NCBI RefSeq assembly: GCF_030384885.1
Contig: NZ_CP128613.1
From: Escherichia coli
GTDB taxonomy: Bacteria > Pseudomonadota > Gammaproteobacteria > Enterobacterales > Enterobacteriaceae
DNA: 64,000 nt
Reading direction: 5' to 3' (one strand)
In this document: positions 48,107-59,628 of the stretch, piece by piece
Position numbering within the stretch: position 1 is the first letter of the stretch
How the letters are laid out: each line of letters opens with the position of its first letter
Position numbers and translations under genes: made by a program
Notes under the pieces: generated by a model
Database searches by the model: none
What the model was told of the DNA's origin: nothing
What the model saw: only the letters and a program-made list of their open reading frames with translations

Positions 48107-48183
48107 GGCTACGTAGCTCAGTTGGTTAGAGCACATCACTCATAATGATGGGGTCACAGGTTCGAATCCCGTCGTAGCCACCA
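48107..48183 (+). tRNA. metT: tRNA-Met (elongator, anticodon CAT)
   Basis: ggctacgtagctcagttggttagagcacatcactCATaatgatggggtcacaggttcgaatcccgtcgtagccacca; cloverleaf with CCA end. Confidence 0.95.
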
Positions 48184-48191
48184 TCTTTTTT

Positions 48192-48276
48192 GCGGGAGTG
48201 GCGAAATTGGTAGACGCACCAGATTTAGGTTCTGGCGCCGCAAGGTGTGCGAGTTCAAGTCTCGCCTCCCGCACCA
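48192..48276 (+). tRNA. leuW: tRNA-Leu (long variable arm; anticodon read as TAG, assigned by eye)
   Basis: gcgggagtggcgaaattggtagacgcaccagatttaggttctggcgccgcaaggtgtgcgagttcaagtctcgcctcccgcacca (85 nt). Confidence 0.9.
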
Positions 48277-48299
48277 TTCACCAGAAAGCGTTGTACGGA

Positions 48300-48374
48300 T
48301 GGGGTATCGCCAAGCGGTAAGGCACCGGTTTTTGATACCGGCATTCCCTGGTTCGAATCCAGGTACCCCAGCCA
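48300..48374 (+). tRNA. glnU: tRNA-Gln (anticodon TTG)
   Basis: tggggtatcgccaagcggtaaggcaccggtttTTGataccggcattccctggttcgaatccaggtaccccagcca. Confidence 0.9.
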
Positions 48375-48407
48375 TCTTCTTCGAGTAAGCGGTTCACCGC
48401 CCGGTTA

Positions 48408-48482
48408 TTGGGGTATCGCCAAGCGGTAAGGCACCGGTTTTTGATACCGGCATTCCCTGGTTCGAATCCAGGTACCCCAGCC
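48408..48482 (+). tRNA. glnW: tRNA-Gln (anticodon TTG), second copy
   Basis: Identical 75-nt sequence to 48300..48374. Confidence 0.9.
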
Positions 48483-48497
48483 ATCGAAGAAACAATC

Positions 48498-48574
48498 TGG
48501 CTACGTAGCTCAGTTGGTTAGAGCACATCACTCATAATGATGGGGTCACAGGTTCGAATCCCGTCGTAGCCACC
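48498..48574 (+). tRNA. metU: tRNA-Met (elongator, anticodon CAT), second copy
   Basis: Identical to 48107..48183. Confidence 0.95.
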
Positions 48575-48623
48575 AAATTCTGAATGTGTCGAATGCGTTC
48601 GGCAAATTCACAAACCAATTTGT

Positions 48624-48698
48624 TGGGGTATCGCCAAGCGGTAAGGCACCGGATTCTGATTCCGGCATTCCGAGGTTCGAATCCTCGTACCCCAGCCA
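48624..48698 (+). tRNA. glnV: tRNA-Gln (anticodon CTG)
   Basis: tggggtatcgccaagcggtaaggcaccggattCTGattccggcattccgaggttcgaatcctcgtaccccagcca. Confidence 0.9.
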
Positions 48699-48735
48699 AT
48701 TTATTCAAGACGCTTACCTTGTAAGTGCACCCAGT

Positions 48736-48810
48736 TGGGGTATCGCCAAGCGGTAAGGCACCGGATTCTGATTCCGGCATTCCGAGGTTCGAATCCTCGT
48801 ACCCCAGCCA
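48736..48810 (+). tRNA. glnX: tRNA-Gln (anticodon CTG), second copy
   Basis: Identical 75-nt sequence to 48624..48698. Confidence 0.9.
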
Positions 48811-48814
48811 CATT

Positions 48815-48846
48815 AAAAAAGCTCGCTTCGGCGAGCTTTTTGCTTT
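48815..48846 (+). terminator. Rho-independent terminator of tRNA operon
   Basis: aaaaaagctcgcttcggcgagctttttgcttttc: GC hairpin with GNRA-like loop plus T-run. Confidence 0.8.
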
Positions 48847-48894
48847 TCTGCGCATATTCAATGTCGAATGCGATGTTGACACGTCTTATTCTTC

Positions 48895-48950
48895 AAAGTC
48901 GGATGCGACGCTGATGCGTCTTATCCGACCTACAGTTGGCATGCATCCGG
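48895..48950. repeat. REP-like palindromic element
   Basis: gtcggatgcgacgctgatgcgtcttatccgacctaca between tRNA operon and ubiF. Confidence 0.6.
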
Positions 48951-48963
48951 CAATGTTGTAAGG

Positions 48964-50139
48964 CTATAACCCTAACGCATATTTCAGCGCCTGCCGTTTC
49001 AATACGCCAGCACGCTCCGCCGCCATTAACCCGAGATTACGCACAAAACGCAGTGGTGGCAGATTATTGCTGAATCCGGCATAAAACAGATCCATACCGC
49101 TTTGCATAATGAAGTTATCCGCCATACGCCGCATCTGGTAACGCTTGAGGACAGGATAACTGGCCCACGCTTCGCCGTAGCTGCGGGCATTCACCAGAAC
49201 GTCAATCAGGGCATCGACATCACGATAACCAAGATTCACCCCCTGCCCCGCCAGCGGATGAATGGTGTGCGCCGCATCGCCCACCAGCGCAAGCCCTGGC
49301 TGCACATACTGCAACGCATGGCGGCGCGTCAGCGGAAACGCACCAGCAGCAAGCGGCGTTACATAACCCAGACGTGACGGGAAATGCTTCGCGATTTCCG
49401 CCTGGAGCTGCGCCATATTCATATTCTGCAACTGGCGAATACGCGCTGGTGAGTCGTACCACACCAGCGATGCCCAGTTATCAAACAGCGGCAGAAACGC
49501 GCGCGGCCCGTCCGGAGTAAACTGCTGCCAGGTGCTGTCGCCGGGATCATTCTCGCACTGTACGCTAATCAACATACACGACTGCGCATACTGCCAGGCA
49601 TGAACGCCAATTCCCGCCATTTGCCGCACCTGCGAATTTGCACCGTCAGCGCCAATCACCAGCTTCGCCTGGATCACTTCGCCCCCCTTCAGTTCCAGTT
49701 CCTGAAGATCATTATGGCGATGCAGAGCAATCAGTGAGCCTGGCACACGTAACGTTACTTTCGGATGCGCTTCCAGCGCCTGCCACAGCGCCTGTTGCAG
49801 GACAGTGTTTTCCACCATATAGCCAAGCAACGGCAGCTTCAATTCGGCTGCATCAAACACCACATGCGCCGTTTCCCACTCCCACGTTTCCAGTCTGCGA
49901 TAAGGATGGCAACGCATGGCTTGTACCGCGTCCCAGACGCCTAAACCTTTAAGCAATGATACCGAAGCCGCACTAATCGCCGAGATCCGCACATCCGGCT
50001 GGCTGTCAGCGGCAAACGGCGCAGGTTCTGCGTGCTCGATTACCGTTACCGAAAATCCGTGCTGTGCCAGTCCCAGCGCCAGTGCGCCGCCGACCATTCC
50101 TCCGCCGACAATGGCAATTTCCGTTGGTTGATTTGTCAT
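48964..50139 (-). CDS. ubiF: FAD-dependent ubiquinone biosynthesis hydroxylase (UbiF-type)
   Basis: ORF 48964..50145; N-terminal FAD fingerprint IAIVGGGMVGGALALGL; start placed at MTNQPTEI. Confidence 0.85.
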   Translation of the reverse strand: MTNQPTEIAIVGGGMVGGALALGLAQHGFSVTVIEHAEPAPFAADSQPDVRISAISAASVSLLKGLGVWDAVQAMRCHPYRRLETWEWETAHVVFDAAELKLPLLGYMVENTVLQQALWQALEAHPKVTLRVPGSLIALHRHNDLQELELKGGEVIQAKLVIGADGANSQVRQMAGIGVHAWQYAQSCMLISVQCENDPGDSTWQQFTPDGPRAFLPLFDNWASLVWYDSPARIRQLQNMNMAQLQAEIAKHFPSRLGYVTPLAAGAFPLTRRHALQYVQPGLALVGDAAHTIHPLAGQGVNLGYRDVDALIDVLVNARSYGEAWASYPVLKRYQMRRMADNFIMQSGMDLFYAGFSNNLPPLRFVRNLGLMAAERAGVLKRQALKYALGL

Positions 50140-50284
50140 GGTCAATCATCCTGTTAGCAATATGCTTTAAGTTTACAGGATTTTTACCCCCAAGGGCTGA
50201 TAACGCTCATACTGGTCACAACGGCAGCAAAGCATTACACTATGCGCCCTGCATTCCTGGCTACTATTTCGCAAGAGCAAGTCG

Positions 50285-51709
50285 ATGACCAAAAAACTCC
50301 ATATTAAAACCTGGGGCTGTCAGATGAACGAGTACGATTCATCGAAGATGGCCGATCTGCTGGATGCCACCCACGGCTTTCAACTGACCGACGTGGCGGA
50401 AGAAGCGGATGTGCTGCTGCTGAACACCTGCTCAATCCGCGAGAAGGCTCAGGAAAAAGTCTTCCATCAGTTGGGTCGCTGGAAACTGTTAAAAGAGAAG
50501 AATCCAGACCTGATTATCGGCGTCGGCGGCTGCGTGGCATCGCAAGAAGGCGAGCACATTCGCCAGCGCGCCCACTATGTTGATATTATTTTTGGGCCGC
50601 AAACGCTGCACCGTCTGCCGGAGATGATCAACTCCGTGCGCGGCGACCGCAGCCCGGTTGTAGATATCAGCTTCCCGGAAATCGAGAAGTTTGACCGTCT
50701 GCCGGAACCGCGTGCCGAAGGACCAACCGCGTTTGTCTCCATCATGGAAGGCTGCAATAAATATTGCACCTACTGCGTAGTGCCTTACACCCGTGGTGAA
50801 GAGGTAAGCCGTCCTTCCGACGATATTCTGTTTGAGATTGCCCAGCTTGCGGCTCAGGGCGTGCGTGAAGTCAACCTGCTCGGTCAGAACGTGAACGCCT
50901 GGCGTGGTGAGAACTACGACGGCACCACCGGATCGTTTGCCGATCTGCTGCGTCTGGTTGCGGCGATCGACGGGATCGATCGTATTCGCTTTACCACCAG
51001 CCATCCGATCGAATTCACCGACGATATCATCGAAGTGTACCGCGACACGCCGGAGCTGGTGAGCTTCCTGCATCTGCCGGTTCAGAGCGGTTCCGATCGC
51101 ATTCTAAACCTGATGGGACGTACCCACACGGCGCTGGAGTACAAAGCGATCATCCGTAAATTGCGTGCGGCGCGTCCTGATATTCAGATCAGTTCTGACT
51201 TCATTGTCGGCTTCCCGGGCGAAACCACCGAAGACTTCGAAAAAACGATGAAGCTGATTGCCGACGTCAATTTCGACATGAGCTACAGCTTTATCTTCTC
51301 TGCACGTCCGGGTACGCCTGCCGCCGATATGGTTGATGATGTTCCGGAAGAAGAGAAGAAGCAGCGTCTGTATATTCTGCAAGAGCGCATTAATCAGCAA
51401 GCGATGGCATGGAGCCGCCGTATGCTCGGCACCACCCAGCGTATTCTGGTAGAAGGTACATCGCGTAAGAGCATCATGGAGCTTTCCGGTCGTACTGAAA
51501 ATAACCGCGTGGTTAACTTCGAAGGCACACCGGATATGATCGGTAAATTCGTCGATGTAGAAATTACCGACGTCTACCCGAACTCTCTGCGCGGTAAAGT
51601 GGTGCGAACTGAAGATGAAATGGGTCTGCGCGTGGCAGAAACACCGGAATCGGTGATTGCCCGTACCCGCAAAGAAAATGACCTTGGCGTGGGTTATTAT
51701 CAGCCGTAA
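50285..51709 (+). CDS. miaB: tRNA-i6A37 methylthiotransferase
   Basis: 474-aa ORF with radical-SAM CxxxCxxC ([11 protein letters not shown]) and N-terminal MTTase cysteines. Confidence 0.95.
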   Translation: MTKKLHIKTWGCQMNEYDSSKMADLLDATHGFQLTDVAEEADVLLLNTCSIREKAQEKVFHQLGRWKLLKEKNPDLIIGVGGCVASQEGEHIRQRAHYVDIIFGPQTLHRLPEMINSVRGDRSPVVDISFPEIEKFDRLPEPRAEGPTAFVSIMEGCNKYCTYCVVPYTRGEEVSRPSDDILFEIAQLAAQGVREVNLLGQNVNAWRGENYDGTTGSFADLLRLVAAIDGIDRIRFTTSHPIEFTDDIIEVYRDTPELVSFLHLPVQSGSDRILNLMGRTHTALEYKAIIRKLRAARPDIQISSDFIVGFPGETTEDFEKTMKLIADVNFDMSYSFIFSARPGTPAADMVDDVPEEEKKQRLYILQERINQQAMAWSRRMLGTTQRILVEGTSRKSIMELSGRTENNRVVNFEGTPDMIGKFVDVEITDVYPNSLRGKVVRTEDEMGLRVAETPESVIARTRKENDLGVGYYQP

Positions 51710-51822
51710 TTCTCAGGCTCGCCGTTCCGGTGGGCCTTGTTTTTTCTCTCTTTATCCCCATCTTTATCACAATGCTTGCGCCTTTTTCCTGTGGCGTGAA
51801 TAATTTCCTTATAGGCCGGTGA

Positions 51823-52902
51823 ATGTTCAGCTTCCGGCGGCATACAGATAAGAGGAACGGTTTGAACATAGACACTCGCGAAATTACTCTGGAGCCAGCA
51901 GACAACGCACGTCTGTTGAGCCTGTGCGGCCCGTTTGATGACAACATCAAACAACTCGAACGCCGTCTCGGCATCGAAATCAATCGCCGTGATAACCACT
52001 TTAAACTGACCGGCCGTCCGATTTGCGTCACCGCTGCGGCAGACATTCTGCGTAGCCTGTATGTCGATACTGCCCCGATGCGCGGTCAGATTCAGGATAT
52101 CGAGCCGGAACAGATCCACCTGGCGATTAAAGAAGCACGCGTGCTGGAGCAAAGTGCGGAGAGCGTGCCGGAGTATGGCAAAGCGGTCAATATCAAGACC
52201 AAACGCGGTGTAATTAAACCGCGCACGCCAAACCAGGCGCAGTACATCGCCAATATTCTCGACCATGACATTACCTTCGGCGTTGGCCCGGCGGGTACGG
52301 GTAAAACCTACCTGGCAGTGGCTGCGGCAGTTGATGCCCTGGAGCGTCAGGAAATTCGCCGCATTCTGCTGACTCGTCCGGCGGTAGAAGCCGGTGAGAA
52401 ACTGGGCTTCCTGCCTGGCGATTTAAGCCAGAAAGTAGATCCGTATCTGCGCCCGCTATATGACGCGCTGTTTGAAATGCTGGGCTTTGAAAAAGTCGAG
52501 AAGCTGATTGAGCGCAACGTTATTGAAGTCGCACCGCTGGCCTATATGCGTGGTCGTACGCTGAACGACGCGTTTATCATTCTCGATGAAAGCCAGAACA
52601 CCACCATCGAACAGATGAAGATGTTCCTGACTCGTATCGGTTTTAACTCAAAAGCGGTTATTACCGGCGATGTCACGCAGATCGACTTGCCGCGTAATAC
52701 TAAATCAGGCTTACGTCACGCTATCGAAGTGTTGGCCGATGTCGAAGAGATCAGCTTTAACTTCTTCCACAGCGAAGACGTGGTTCGTCACCCGGTGGTA
52801 GCGCGTATCGTTAACGCTTATGAAGCCTGGGAAGAAGCCGAACAAAAACGAAAAGCGGCGCTGGCAGCAGAACGCAAGCGCGAAGAACAGGAACAAAAAT
52901 GA
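51823..52902 (+). CDS. ybeZ: PhoH-like ATPase
   Basis: 359-aa ORF with Walker A GPAGTGKT; possible alternative start (TTG 51862) giving ~346 aa. Confidence 0.85.
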
Positions 52903-53366
52903 GTCAGGTGATCCTCGATTTACAACTGGCATGTGAAGATAATTCCGGGTTACCGGAAGAGAGCCAGTTTCAGACATGGCTGAATGCGGTGATCCCGCAG
53001 TTTCAGGAAGAATCGGAAGTCACTATTCGCGTGGTCGATACCGCCGAAAGCCACAGTCTCAATCTGACCTATCGCGGTAAGGATAAGCCGACCAACGTGC
53101 TCTCCTTCCCGTTTGAAGTACCGCCTGGCATGGAGATGTCGCTGCTGGGTGATCTGGTTATCTGCCGTCAGGTGGTTGAGAAGGAAGCACAGGAGCAAGG
53201 CAAACCACTGGAAGCGCACTGGGCGCATATGGTGGTGCACGGCAGTCTGCATTTGTTAGGTTACGATCACATCGAAGACGACGAAGCAGAAGAAATGGAA
53301 GCCCTCGAAACAGAGATTATGCTTGCTCTGGGCTATGAGGATCCGTACATTGCCGAGAAAGAATAA
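52899..53366 (+). CDS. ybeY: Endoribonuclease YbeY (rRNA maturation)
   Basis: 155-aa ORF with metal-binding [11 protein letters not shown] motif; overlaps ybeZ stop. Confidence 0.9.
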
Positions 53367-53455
53367 TTTGCCAGGCATTTGACTGGCAGACGTCCCCGCC
53401 GTTGGTGATTAACGACGGCGTTTTGATTAACTAACATGAGAACCCATACGACGCC

Positions 53456-54334
53456 ATGAGCGACGACAATTCACACAGTAGTGACACGATAAGCAACAAG
53501 AAGGGATTTTTCTCCCTGTTACTCAGCCAACTTTTCCACGGTGAACCGAAAAACCGTGACGAACTGCTGGCGCTGATCCGTGATTCCGGGCAGAACGACC
53601 TTATCGACGAAGATACGCGCGATATGCTCGAAGGGGTGATGGACATCGCAGACCAACGCGTTCGCGACATCATGATCCCCCGCTCCCAGATGATTACCCT
53701 GAAACGCAACCAGACGCTGGACGAATGCCTTGATGTCATCATCGAGTCCGCCCACTCACGTTTCCCGGTGATTAGCGAAGACAAAGATCACATTGAAGGG
53801 ATTCTGATGGCGAAAGACTTGCTGCCGTTTATGCGCAGCGATGCTGAAGCCTTCAGCATGGACAAAGTGTTACGTCAGGCGGTTGTCGTTCCTGAAAGTA
53901 AGCGCGTAGACCGGATGCTGAAAGAGTTTCGCTCTCAGCGTTACCACATGGCGATCGTCATTGACGAATTCGGTGGGGTTTCCGGTCTGGTGACCATTGA
54001 AGATATCCTGGAACTGATTGTTGGTGAGATTGAAGACGAGTATGACGAAGAAGATGATATCGACTTCCGTCAGCTGAGTCGTCATACCTGGACCGTGCGC
54101 GCACTGGCTTCCATCGAAGATTTCAACGAAGCCTTCGGCACCCACTTTAGCGATGAAGAAGTCGACACCATCGGCGGTCTGGTGATGCAGGCATTTGGGC
54201 ATCTCCCGGCGCGTGGCGAAACCATCGACATCGACGGTTACCAGTTCAAAGTGGCGATGGCCGACAGTCGGCGTATTATTCAGGTTCATGTCAAAATCCC
54301 GGATGACTCACCCCAGCCAAAGCTGGATGAATAA
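53456..54334 (+). CDS. corC: Mg2+/Co2+ efflux-associated protein (CBS-pair + CorC/HlyC domain)
   Basis: 292-aa ORF. Confidence 0.85.
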   Translation: MSDDNSHSSDTISNKKGFFSLLLSQLFHGEPKNRDELLALIRDSGQNDLIDEDTRDMLEGVMDIADQRVRDIMIPRSQMITLKRNQTLDECLDVIIESAHSRFPVISEDKDHIEGILMAKDLLPFMRSDAEAFSMDKVLRQAVVVPESKRVDRMLKEFRSQRYHMAIVIDEFGGVSGLVTIEDILELIVGEIEDEYDEEDDIDFRQLSRHTWTVRALASIEDFNEAFGTHFSDEEVDTIGGLVMQAFGHLPARGETIDIDGYQFKVAMADSRRIIQVHVKIPDDSPQPKLDE

Positions 54335-54358
54335 AACCGAAACTGGATAGATAACTAC

Positions 54359-55897
54359 ATGGCTTTTGCCTCATTAATTGAACGCCAGCGCATTCGCCTG
54401 CTGCTGGCGTTATTATTCGGTGCCTGCGGAACGCTGGCCTTCTCTCCTTACGACGTCTGGCCTGCGGCGATTATTTCGCTGATGGGACTTCAGGCGCTCA
54501 CCTTTAACCGCCGTCCACTCCAGTCTGCCGCTATTGGCTTTTGCTGGGGATTTGGCCTGTTTGGCAGCGGTATTAACTGGGTCTATGTCAGCATCGCGAC
54601 CTTTGGCGGAATGCCTGGCCCGGTTAACATCTTCCTGGTGATACTGCTGGCAGCGTATTTGTCGCTGTATACCGGACTGTTTGCTGGCGTACTGTCGCGT
54701 CTGTGGCCGAAAACCACCTGGCTGCGCGTGGCGATTGCCGCCCCTGCTCTCTGGCAAGTGACCGAGTTTCTGCGCGGTTGGGTGCTGACTGGCTTCCCGT
54801 GGTTGCAGTTCGGCTATAGCCAGATTGACGGTCCGTTAAAAGGACTGGCACCGATAATGGGCGTGGAAGCCATTAACTTCCTGCTGATGATGGTAAGCGG
54901 CCTGCTGGCACTGGCGTTGGTCAAACGCAACTGGCGTCCGCTGGTGGTGGCCGTCGTGCTGTTCGCCCTTCCCTTCCCGCTGCGTTACATCCAGTGGTTC
55001 ACCCCGCAACCGGAGAAAACCATTCAGGTTTCGATGGTTCAGGGCGACATTCCGCAATCGCTGAAGTGGGATGAAGGCCAGCTTCTCAATACGCTGAAGA
55101 TTTACTACAACGCAACGGCACCGCTGATGGGCAAGTCATCGCTGATTATCTGGCCTGAATCGGCGATAACCGACCTGGAAATTAATCAGCAGCCGTTCCT
55201 CAAAGCACTGGACGGTGAGTTGCGTGATAAAGGTAGCTCGCTGGTCACCGGGATTGTCGACGCGCGTCTCAATAAGCAGAATCGCTACGATACCTACAAC
55301 ACCATCATCACGCTGGGTAAAGGTGCACCGTATAGCTACGAATCAGCCGATCGCTATAACAAAAACCATCTGGTACCGTTTGGCGAGTTTGTCCCGCTGG
55401 AGTCGATTCTGCGTCCGTTAGCACCGTTCTTTGATCTGCCGATGTCGTCATTCAGCCGTGGACCATATATCCAACCACCGCTGTCGGTAAATGGTATTGA
55501 GCTTACTGCGGCTATTTGCTACGAGATCATTCTCGGCGAGCAAGTGCGCGATAACTTCCGCCCGGATACCGACTATCTGCTGACTATCTCCAACGATGCG
55601 TGGTTTGGTAAGTCTATTGGCCCATGGCAGCACTTTCAGATGGCGCGAATGCGTGCGCTGGAGCTGGCGCGCCCGCTGCTGCGTAGCACCAACAACGGCA
55701 TTACGGCGGTGATTGGCCCGCAGGGTGAGATTCAGGCGATGATCCCGCAATTCACCCGCGAAGTGTTAACCACTAATGTGACGCCGACCACCGGACTCAC
55801 ACCGTACGCACGTACCGGCAACTGGCCGCTGTGGGTGCTGACGGCACTGTTTGGTTTTGCCGCTGTGCTGATGAGTCTGCGTCAACGACGTAAATAA
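54359..55897 (+). CDS. lnt: Apolipoprotein N-acyltransferase
   Basis: 512-aa ORF with N-terminal membrane domain and C-terminal nitrilase-like domain. Confidence 0.9.
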   Translation: MAFASLIERQRIRLLLALLFGACGTLAFSPYDVWPAAIISLMGLQALTFNRRPLQSAAIGFCWGFGLFGSGINWVYVSIATFGGMPGPVNIFLVILLAAYLSLYTGLFAGVLSRLWPKTTWLRVAIAAPALWQVTEFLRGWVLTGFPWLQFGYSQIDGPLKGLAPIMGVEAINFLLMMVSGLLALALVKRNWRPLVVAVVLFALPFPLRYIQWFTPQPEKTIQVSMVQGDIPQSLKWDEGQLLNTLKIYYNATAPLMGKSSLIIWPESAITDLEINQQPFLKALDGELRDKGSSLVTGIVDARLNKQNRYDTYNTIITLGKGAPYSYESADRYNKNHLVPFGEFVPLESILRPLAPFFDLPMSSFSRGPYIQPPLSVNGIELTAAICYEIILGEQVRDNFRPDTDYLLTISNDAWFGKSIGPWQHFQMARMRALELARPLLRSTNNGITAVIGPQGEIQAMIPQFTREVLTTNVTPTTGLTPYARTGNWPLWVLTALFGFAAVLMSLRQRRK

Positions 55898-55900
55898 TCC

Positions 55901-55977
55901 CTTCTTATCGTGCCGGAATACATCCCGTATTTCGGCACGCTCGCCGGATGTGGTATCAGTGCGTTATCCGGATGACA
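55901..55977. repeat. REP-like palindromic elements downstream of lnt
   Basis: tgccggaatacatcccgtatttcggcacgctcgccggatgtggtatcagtgcgttatccggatgac. Confidence 0.5.
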
Positions 55978-56293
55978 AAATTCCCCTATCCAACTTTGGC
56001 ACATCTATTGCTTTGTTATACAAGGCAAAGCTTGAACCCGCGTCAGTACAACCCGGTTGCACCACAGCAATCCACCGGTAGCACCAAAAGAGTGCATTTT
56101 AAGAGTTTTGCTTCGGAATGGTGCGGCGCATCTCGCAAAAACAAACAATAAAACATCAATATCTTTACATTTAGCCAAACTAAATGTTACCTAACAAACA
56201 CAACACTGCACAATAAAGTTGCAGATGATAACAACACAAACACTCACAACGGGTATCCATGCGTTCTTAACGCAGAAGATAAAGGAGTTGGAT

Positions 56294-57202
56294 ATGCAAT
56301 TACGTAAACCTGCCACAGCAATCCTGGCCCTGGCGCTTTCCGCAGGACTGGCACAGGCAGATGACGCCGCCCCGGCAGCAGGCAGTACGCTGGACAAAAT
56401 CGCCAAAAACGGTGTGATTGTCGTCGGTCACCGTGAATCTTCAGTACCTTTCTCTTATTACGACAATCAGCAAAAAGTGGTGGGTTACTCGCAGGATTAC
56501 TCCAACGCCATTGTTGAAGCAGTGAAAAAGAAACTCAACAAACCGGACTTGCAGGTGAAACTGATTCCGATCACCTCACAAAACCGTATTCCGCTGCTGC
56601 AAAACGGCACTTTCGATTTTGAATGTGGTTCAACCACCAACAACGTCGAACGCCAAAAACAGGCGGCTTTCTCTGACACTATTTTCGTGGTCGGTACGCG
56701 CCTGCTGACCAAAAAGGGCGGCGATATCAAAGATTTTGCCGACCTGAAAGGCAAAGCCGTAGTCGTTACTTCCGGCACTACCTCTGAAGTTTTGCTCAAC
56801 AAATTGAATGAAGAGCAAAAAATGAATATGCGCATCATCAGCGCCAAAGATCACGGTGACTCTTTCCGCACCCTGGAAAGCGGTCGTGCCGTTGCCTTTA
56901 TGATGGATGACGCCCTGCTGGCCGGTGAGCGAGCGAAAGCGAAGAAACCAGACAACTGGGAAATCGTCGGCAAGCCGCAGTCTCAGGAAGCCTACGGTTG
57001 CATGTTGCGTAAAGACGATCCGCAGTTCAAAAAGCTGATGGATGACACTATCGCTCAGGTGCAGACCTCCGGTGAAGCGGAAAAATGGTTTGATAAGTGG
57101 TTCAAAAATCCAATTCCGCCGAAAAACCTGAACATGAATTTCGAACTGTCGGACGAAATGAAAGCACTGTTCAAAGAACCGAATGACAAGGCACTGAACT
57201 AA
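56294..57202 (+). CDS. gltI: Glutamate/aspartate ABC transporter periplasmic binding protein
   Basis: ORF 56219..57202; start at MQLRKPATAILALALSAGLAQA (signal peptide), 302 aa. Confidence 0.9.
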   Translation: MQLRKPATAILALALSAGLAQADDAAPAAGSTLDKIAKNGVIVVGHRESSVPFSYYDNQQKVVGYSQDYSNAIVEAVKKKLNKPDLQVKLIPITSQNRIPLLQNGTFDFECGSTTNNVERQKQAAFSDTIFVVGTRLLTKKGGDIKDFADLKGKAVVVTSGTTSEVLLNKLNEEQKMNMRIISAKDHGDSFRTLESGRAVAFMMDDALLAGERAKAKKPDNWEIVGKPQSQEAYGCMLRKDDPQFKKLMDDTIAQVQTSGEAEKWFDKWFKNPIPPKNLNMNFELSDEMKALFKEPNDKALN

Positions 57203-57209
57203 TTACAAG

Positions 57210-57359
57210 AACCAGGGGCGGAAATTCTAGCCCTCTCGATTGTTACGTAGCACGGACAGACTATACGCCTGATGGTCGTTCCCCATCGGGCCTGAAAACC
57301 GCAATACGCTGGGTAACAATCTTCGAGGGTAGCAGTTAACGCTGCTACCCTCTTTTTTC
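57210..57359 (+). ncRNA. sroC: Candidate SroC-type sRNA from the gltI-gltJ intergenic region, ending at an intrinsic terminator
   Basis: 169-bp intergenic spacer inside the operon containing hairpin gagggtagcagttaacgctgctaccctc (57325..57352) plus T-run; SroC is described at this position. 5' end not determinable from sequence. Confidence 0.5.
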
Positions 57360-57371
57360 TGGAGTAGATTT

Positions 57372-58112
57372 ATGTCTATAGACTGGAACTGGGGTATTTT
57401 TTTACAACAAGCCCCGTTCGGCAACACCACCTATCTTGGTTGGATCTGGAGTGGTTTTCAGGTGACGATTGCTTTGTCGATCTGCGCCTGGATTATCGCT
57501 TTCCTCGTCGGTTCATTTTTCGGCATTTTACGTACCGTTCCAAACCGTTTTCTCTCCGGTCTGGGTACGTTGTATGTCGAACTGTTCCGCAACGTGCCGT
57601 TGATTGTGCAATTCTTTACCTGGTATCTGGTTATCCCTGAACTGTTGCCGGAAAAAATCGGCATGTGGTTTAAGGCAGAACTAGACCCCAATATTCAGTT
57701 TTTCCTCTCCTCCATGCTCTGTCTGGGACTGTTTACTGCAGCTCGTGTTTGCGAACAAGTACGCGCCGCGATTCAGTCGTTGCCGCGTGGGCAAAAGAAT
57801 GCCGCGCTGGCAATGGGTCTGACGCTACCGCAGGCTTACCGCTACGTACTGTTGCCTAACGCTTATCGCGTTATCGTCCCGCCAATGACCTCTGAGATGA
57901 TGAACCTGGTGAAAAACTCCGCCATCGCCTCGACTATCGGTCTGGTGGATATGGCGGCGCAGGCCGGTAAATTGCTCGATTACTCAGCCCACGCCTGGGA
58001 GTCATTTACCGCCATTACGCTGGCGTATGTGTTGATTAACGCTTTTATCATGCTGGTGATGACGCTGGTTGAACGTAAAGTTCGCCTGCCCGGCAACATG
58101 GGGGGCAAATAA
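57372..58112 (+). CDS. gltJ: Glutamate/aspartate ABC transporter permease
   Basis: 246-aa polytopic ORF. Confidence 0.9.
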   Translation: MSIDWNWGIFLQQAPFGNTTYLGWIWSGFQVTIALSICAWIIAFLVGSFFGILRTVPNRFLSGLGTLYVELFRNVPLIVQFFTWYLVIPELLPEKIGMWFKAELDPNIQFFLSSMLCLGLFTAARVCEQVRAAIQSLPRGQKNAALAMGLTLPQAYRYVLLPNAYRVIVPPMTSEMMNLVKNSAIASTIGLVDMAAQAGKLLDYSAHAWESFTAITLAYVLINAFIMLVMTLVERKVRLPGNMGGK

Positions 58113-58786
58113 TGTACGAGTTTGACTGGAGTTCCATTGTTCCTTCCCTGCCATATCTGCTCGACGGGCTGGTGATCACCCTGAAAATCACCATCACGGC
58201 GGTGGTCATTGGTATTTTGTGGGGTACGATGCTGGCAGTGATGCGCTTGTCCAGCTTTGCGCCGATTGCCTGGTTTGCCAAAGCCTACGTTAACGTGTTC
58301 CGTTCGATCCCGTTAGTCATGGTTTTGCTATGGTTTTACCTGATTGTGCCGGGTTTTCTGCAAAACGTGCTGGGATTATCGCCAAAAAATGATATCCGTT
58401 TAATTTCGGCGATGGTGGCGTTTTCGATGTTTGAAGCGGCCTACTATTCAGAGATTATCCGTGCCGGTATTCAAAGTATTTCCCGTGGGCAGTCGAGCGC
58501 CGCGCTGGCGTTGGGGATGACTCACTGGCAGTCGATGAAACTGATTATTCTGCCGCAGGCGTTCCGCGCGATGGTGCCGCTGCTGCTCACTCAGGGCATC
58601 GTACTGTTCCAGGATACCTCGCTGGTGTATGTGTTATCTCTGGCCGATTTCTTCCGTACCGCCTCAACCATTGGTGAGCGTGATGGTACACAGGTCGAAA
58701 TGATTCTGTTTGCCGGGTTTGTTTATTTCGTTATTAGCCTTAGCGCATCGTTGTTGGTCAGCTACTTGAAAAGAAGGACAGCATAA
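58112..58786 (+). CDS. gltK: Glutamate/aspartate ABC transporter permease
   Basis: 224-aa polytopic ORF, start overlaps gltJ stop. Confidence 0.9.
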   Translation: MYEFDWSSIVPSLPYLLDGLVITLKITITAVVIGILWGTMLAVMRLSSFAPIAWFAKAYVNVFRSIPLVMVLLWFYLIVPGFLQNVLGLSPKNDIRLISAMVAFSMFEAAYYSEIIRAGIQSISRGQSSAALALGMTHWQSMKLIILPQAFRAMVPLLLTQGIVLFQDTSLVYVLSLADFFRTASTIGERDGTQVEMILFAGFVYFVISLSASLLVSYLKRRTA

Positions 58787-59511
58787 TGATTACCCTGAAA
58801 AATGTTTCAAAATGGTATGGTCACTTTCAGGTGCTGACCGACTGCTCAACCGAAGTGAGAAAAGGCGAAGTGGTGGTGGTTTGCGGCCCGTCAGGCTCCG
58901 GCAAATCAACACTGATTAAAACCGTCAACGGCCTCGAACCGGTGCAGCAAGGTGAAATCACCGTCGATGGCATCGTGGTTAATGATAAGAAAACCGATCT
59001 GGCAAAGTTGCGTTCCCGCGTCGGGATGGTGTTCCAGCATTTCGAGCTGTTCCCTCATTTGTCGATTATTGAAAACCTGACCCTGGCGCAGGTGAAAGTG
59101 CTTAAACGCGATAAAGCGCCCGCTCGTGAAAAAGCCCTGAAATTACTGGAGCGCGTAGGACTTTCCGCACATGCCAATAAATTTCCAGCGCAGCTTTCCG
59201 GTGGTCAGCAGCAGCGTGTGGCAATCGCTCGCGCATTGTGCATGGACCCTATTGCGATGCTGTTCGACGAACCAACGTCGGCGCTTGACCCGGAGATGAT
59301 CAACGAAGTGCTGGACGTGATGGTCGAACTGGCGAACGAAGGAATGACCATGATGGTGGTGACCCACGAAATGGGCTTTGCCCGCAAAGTGGCGAATCGG
59401 GTGATCTTTATGGATGAAGGTAAAATTGTCGAAGACTCACCGAAAGACGCTTTCTTCGATGATCCGAAATCGGACCGCGCAAAAGACTTCCTCGCGAAAA
59501 TCCTGCACTAA
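58786..59511 (+). CDS. gltL: Glutamate/aspartate ABC transporter ATP-binding protein
   Basis: 241-aa ORF with Walker [13 protein letters not shown] signature [15 protein letters not shown], Walker [11 protein letters not shown]. Confidence 0.95.
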   Translation: MITLKNVSKWYGHFQVLTDCSTEVRKGEVVVVCGPSGSGKSTLIKTVNGLEPVQQGEITVDGIVVNDKKTDLAKLRSRVGMVFQHFELFPHLSIIENLTLAQVKVLKRDKAPAREKALKLLERVGLSAHANKFPAQLSGGQQQRVAIARALCMDPIAMLFDEPTSALDPEMINEVLDVMVELANEGMTMMVVTHEMGFARKVANRVIFMDEGKIVEDSPKDAFFDDPKSDRAKDFLAKILH

Positions 59512-59628
59512 TCCTTCTGGCGCGCATACCGAGGTGCGCGCCATCTCACGCTTTATCGTTTCGGCCCTCGTATCTGTTACATTCCGGCGTTACCCTTGTC
59601 GTAAAGAAGCACACAACAAGGAGCAACA

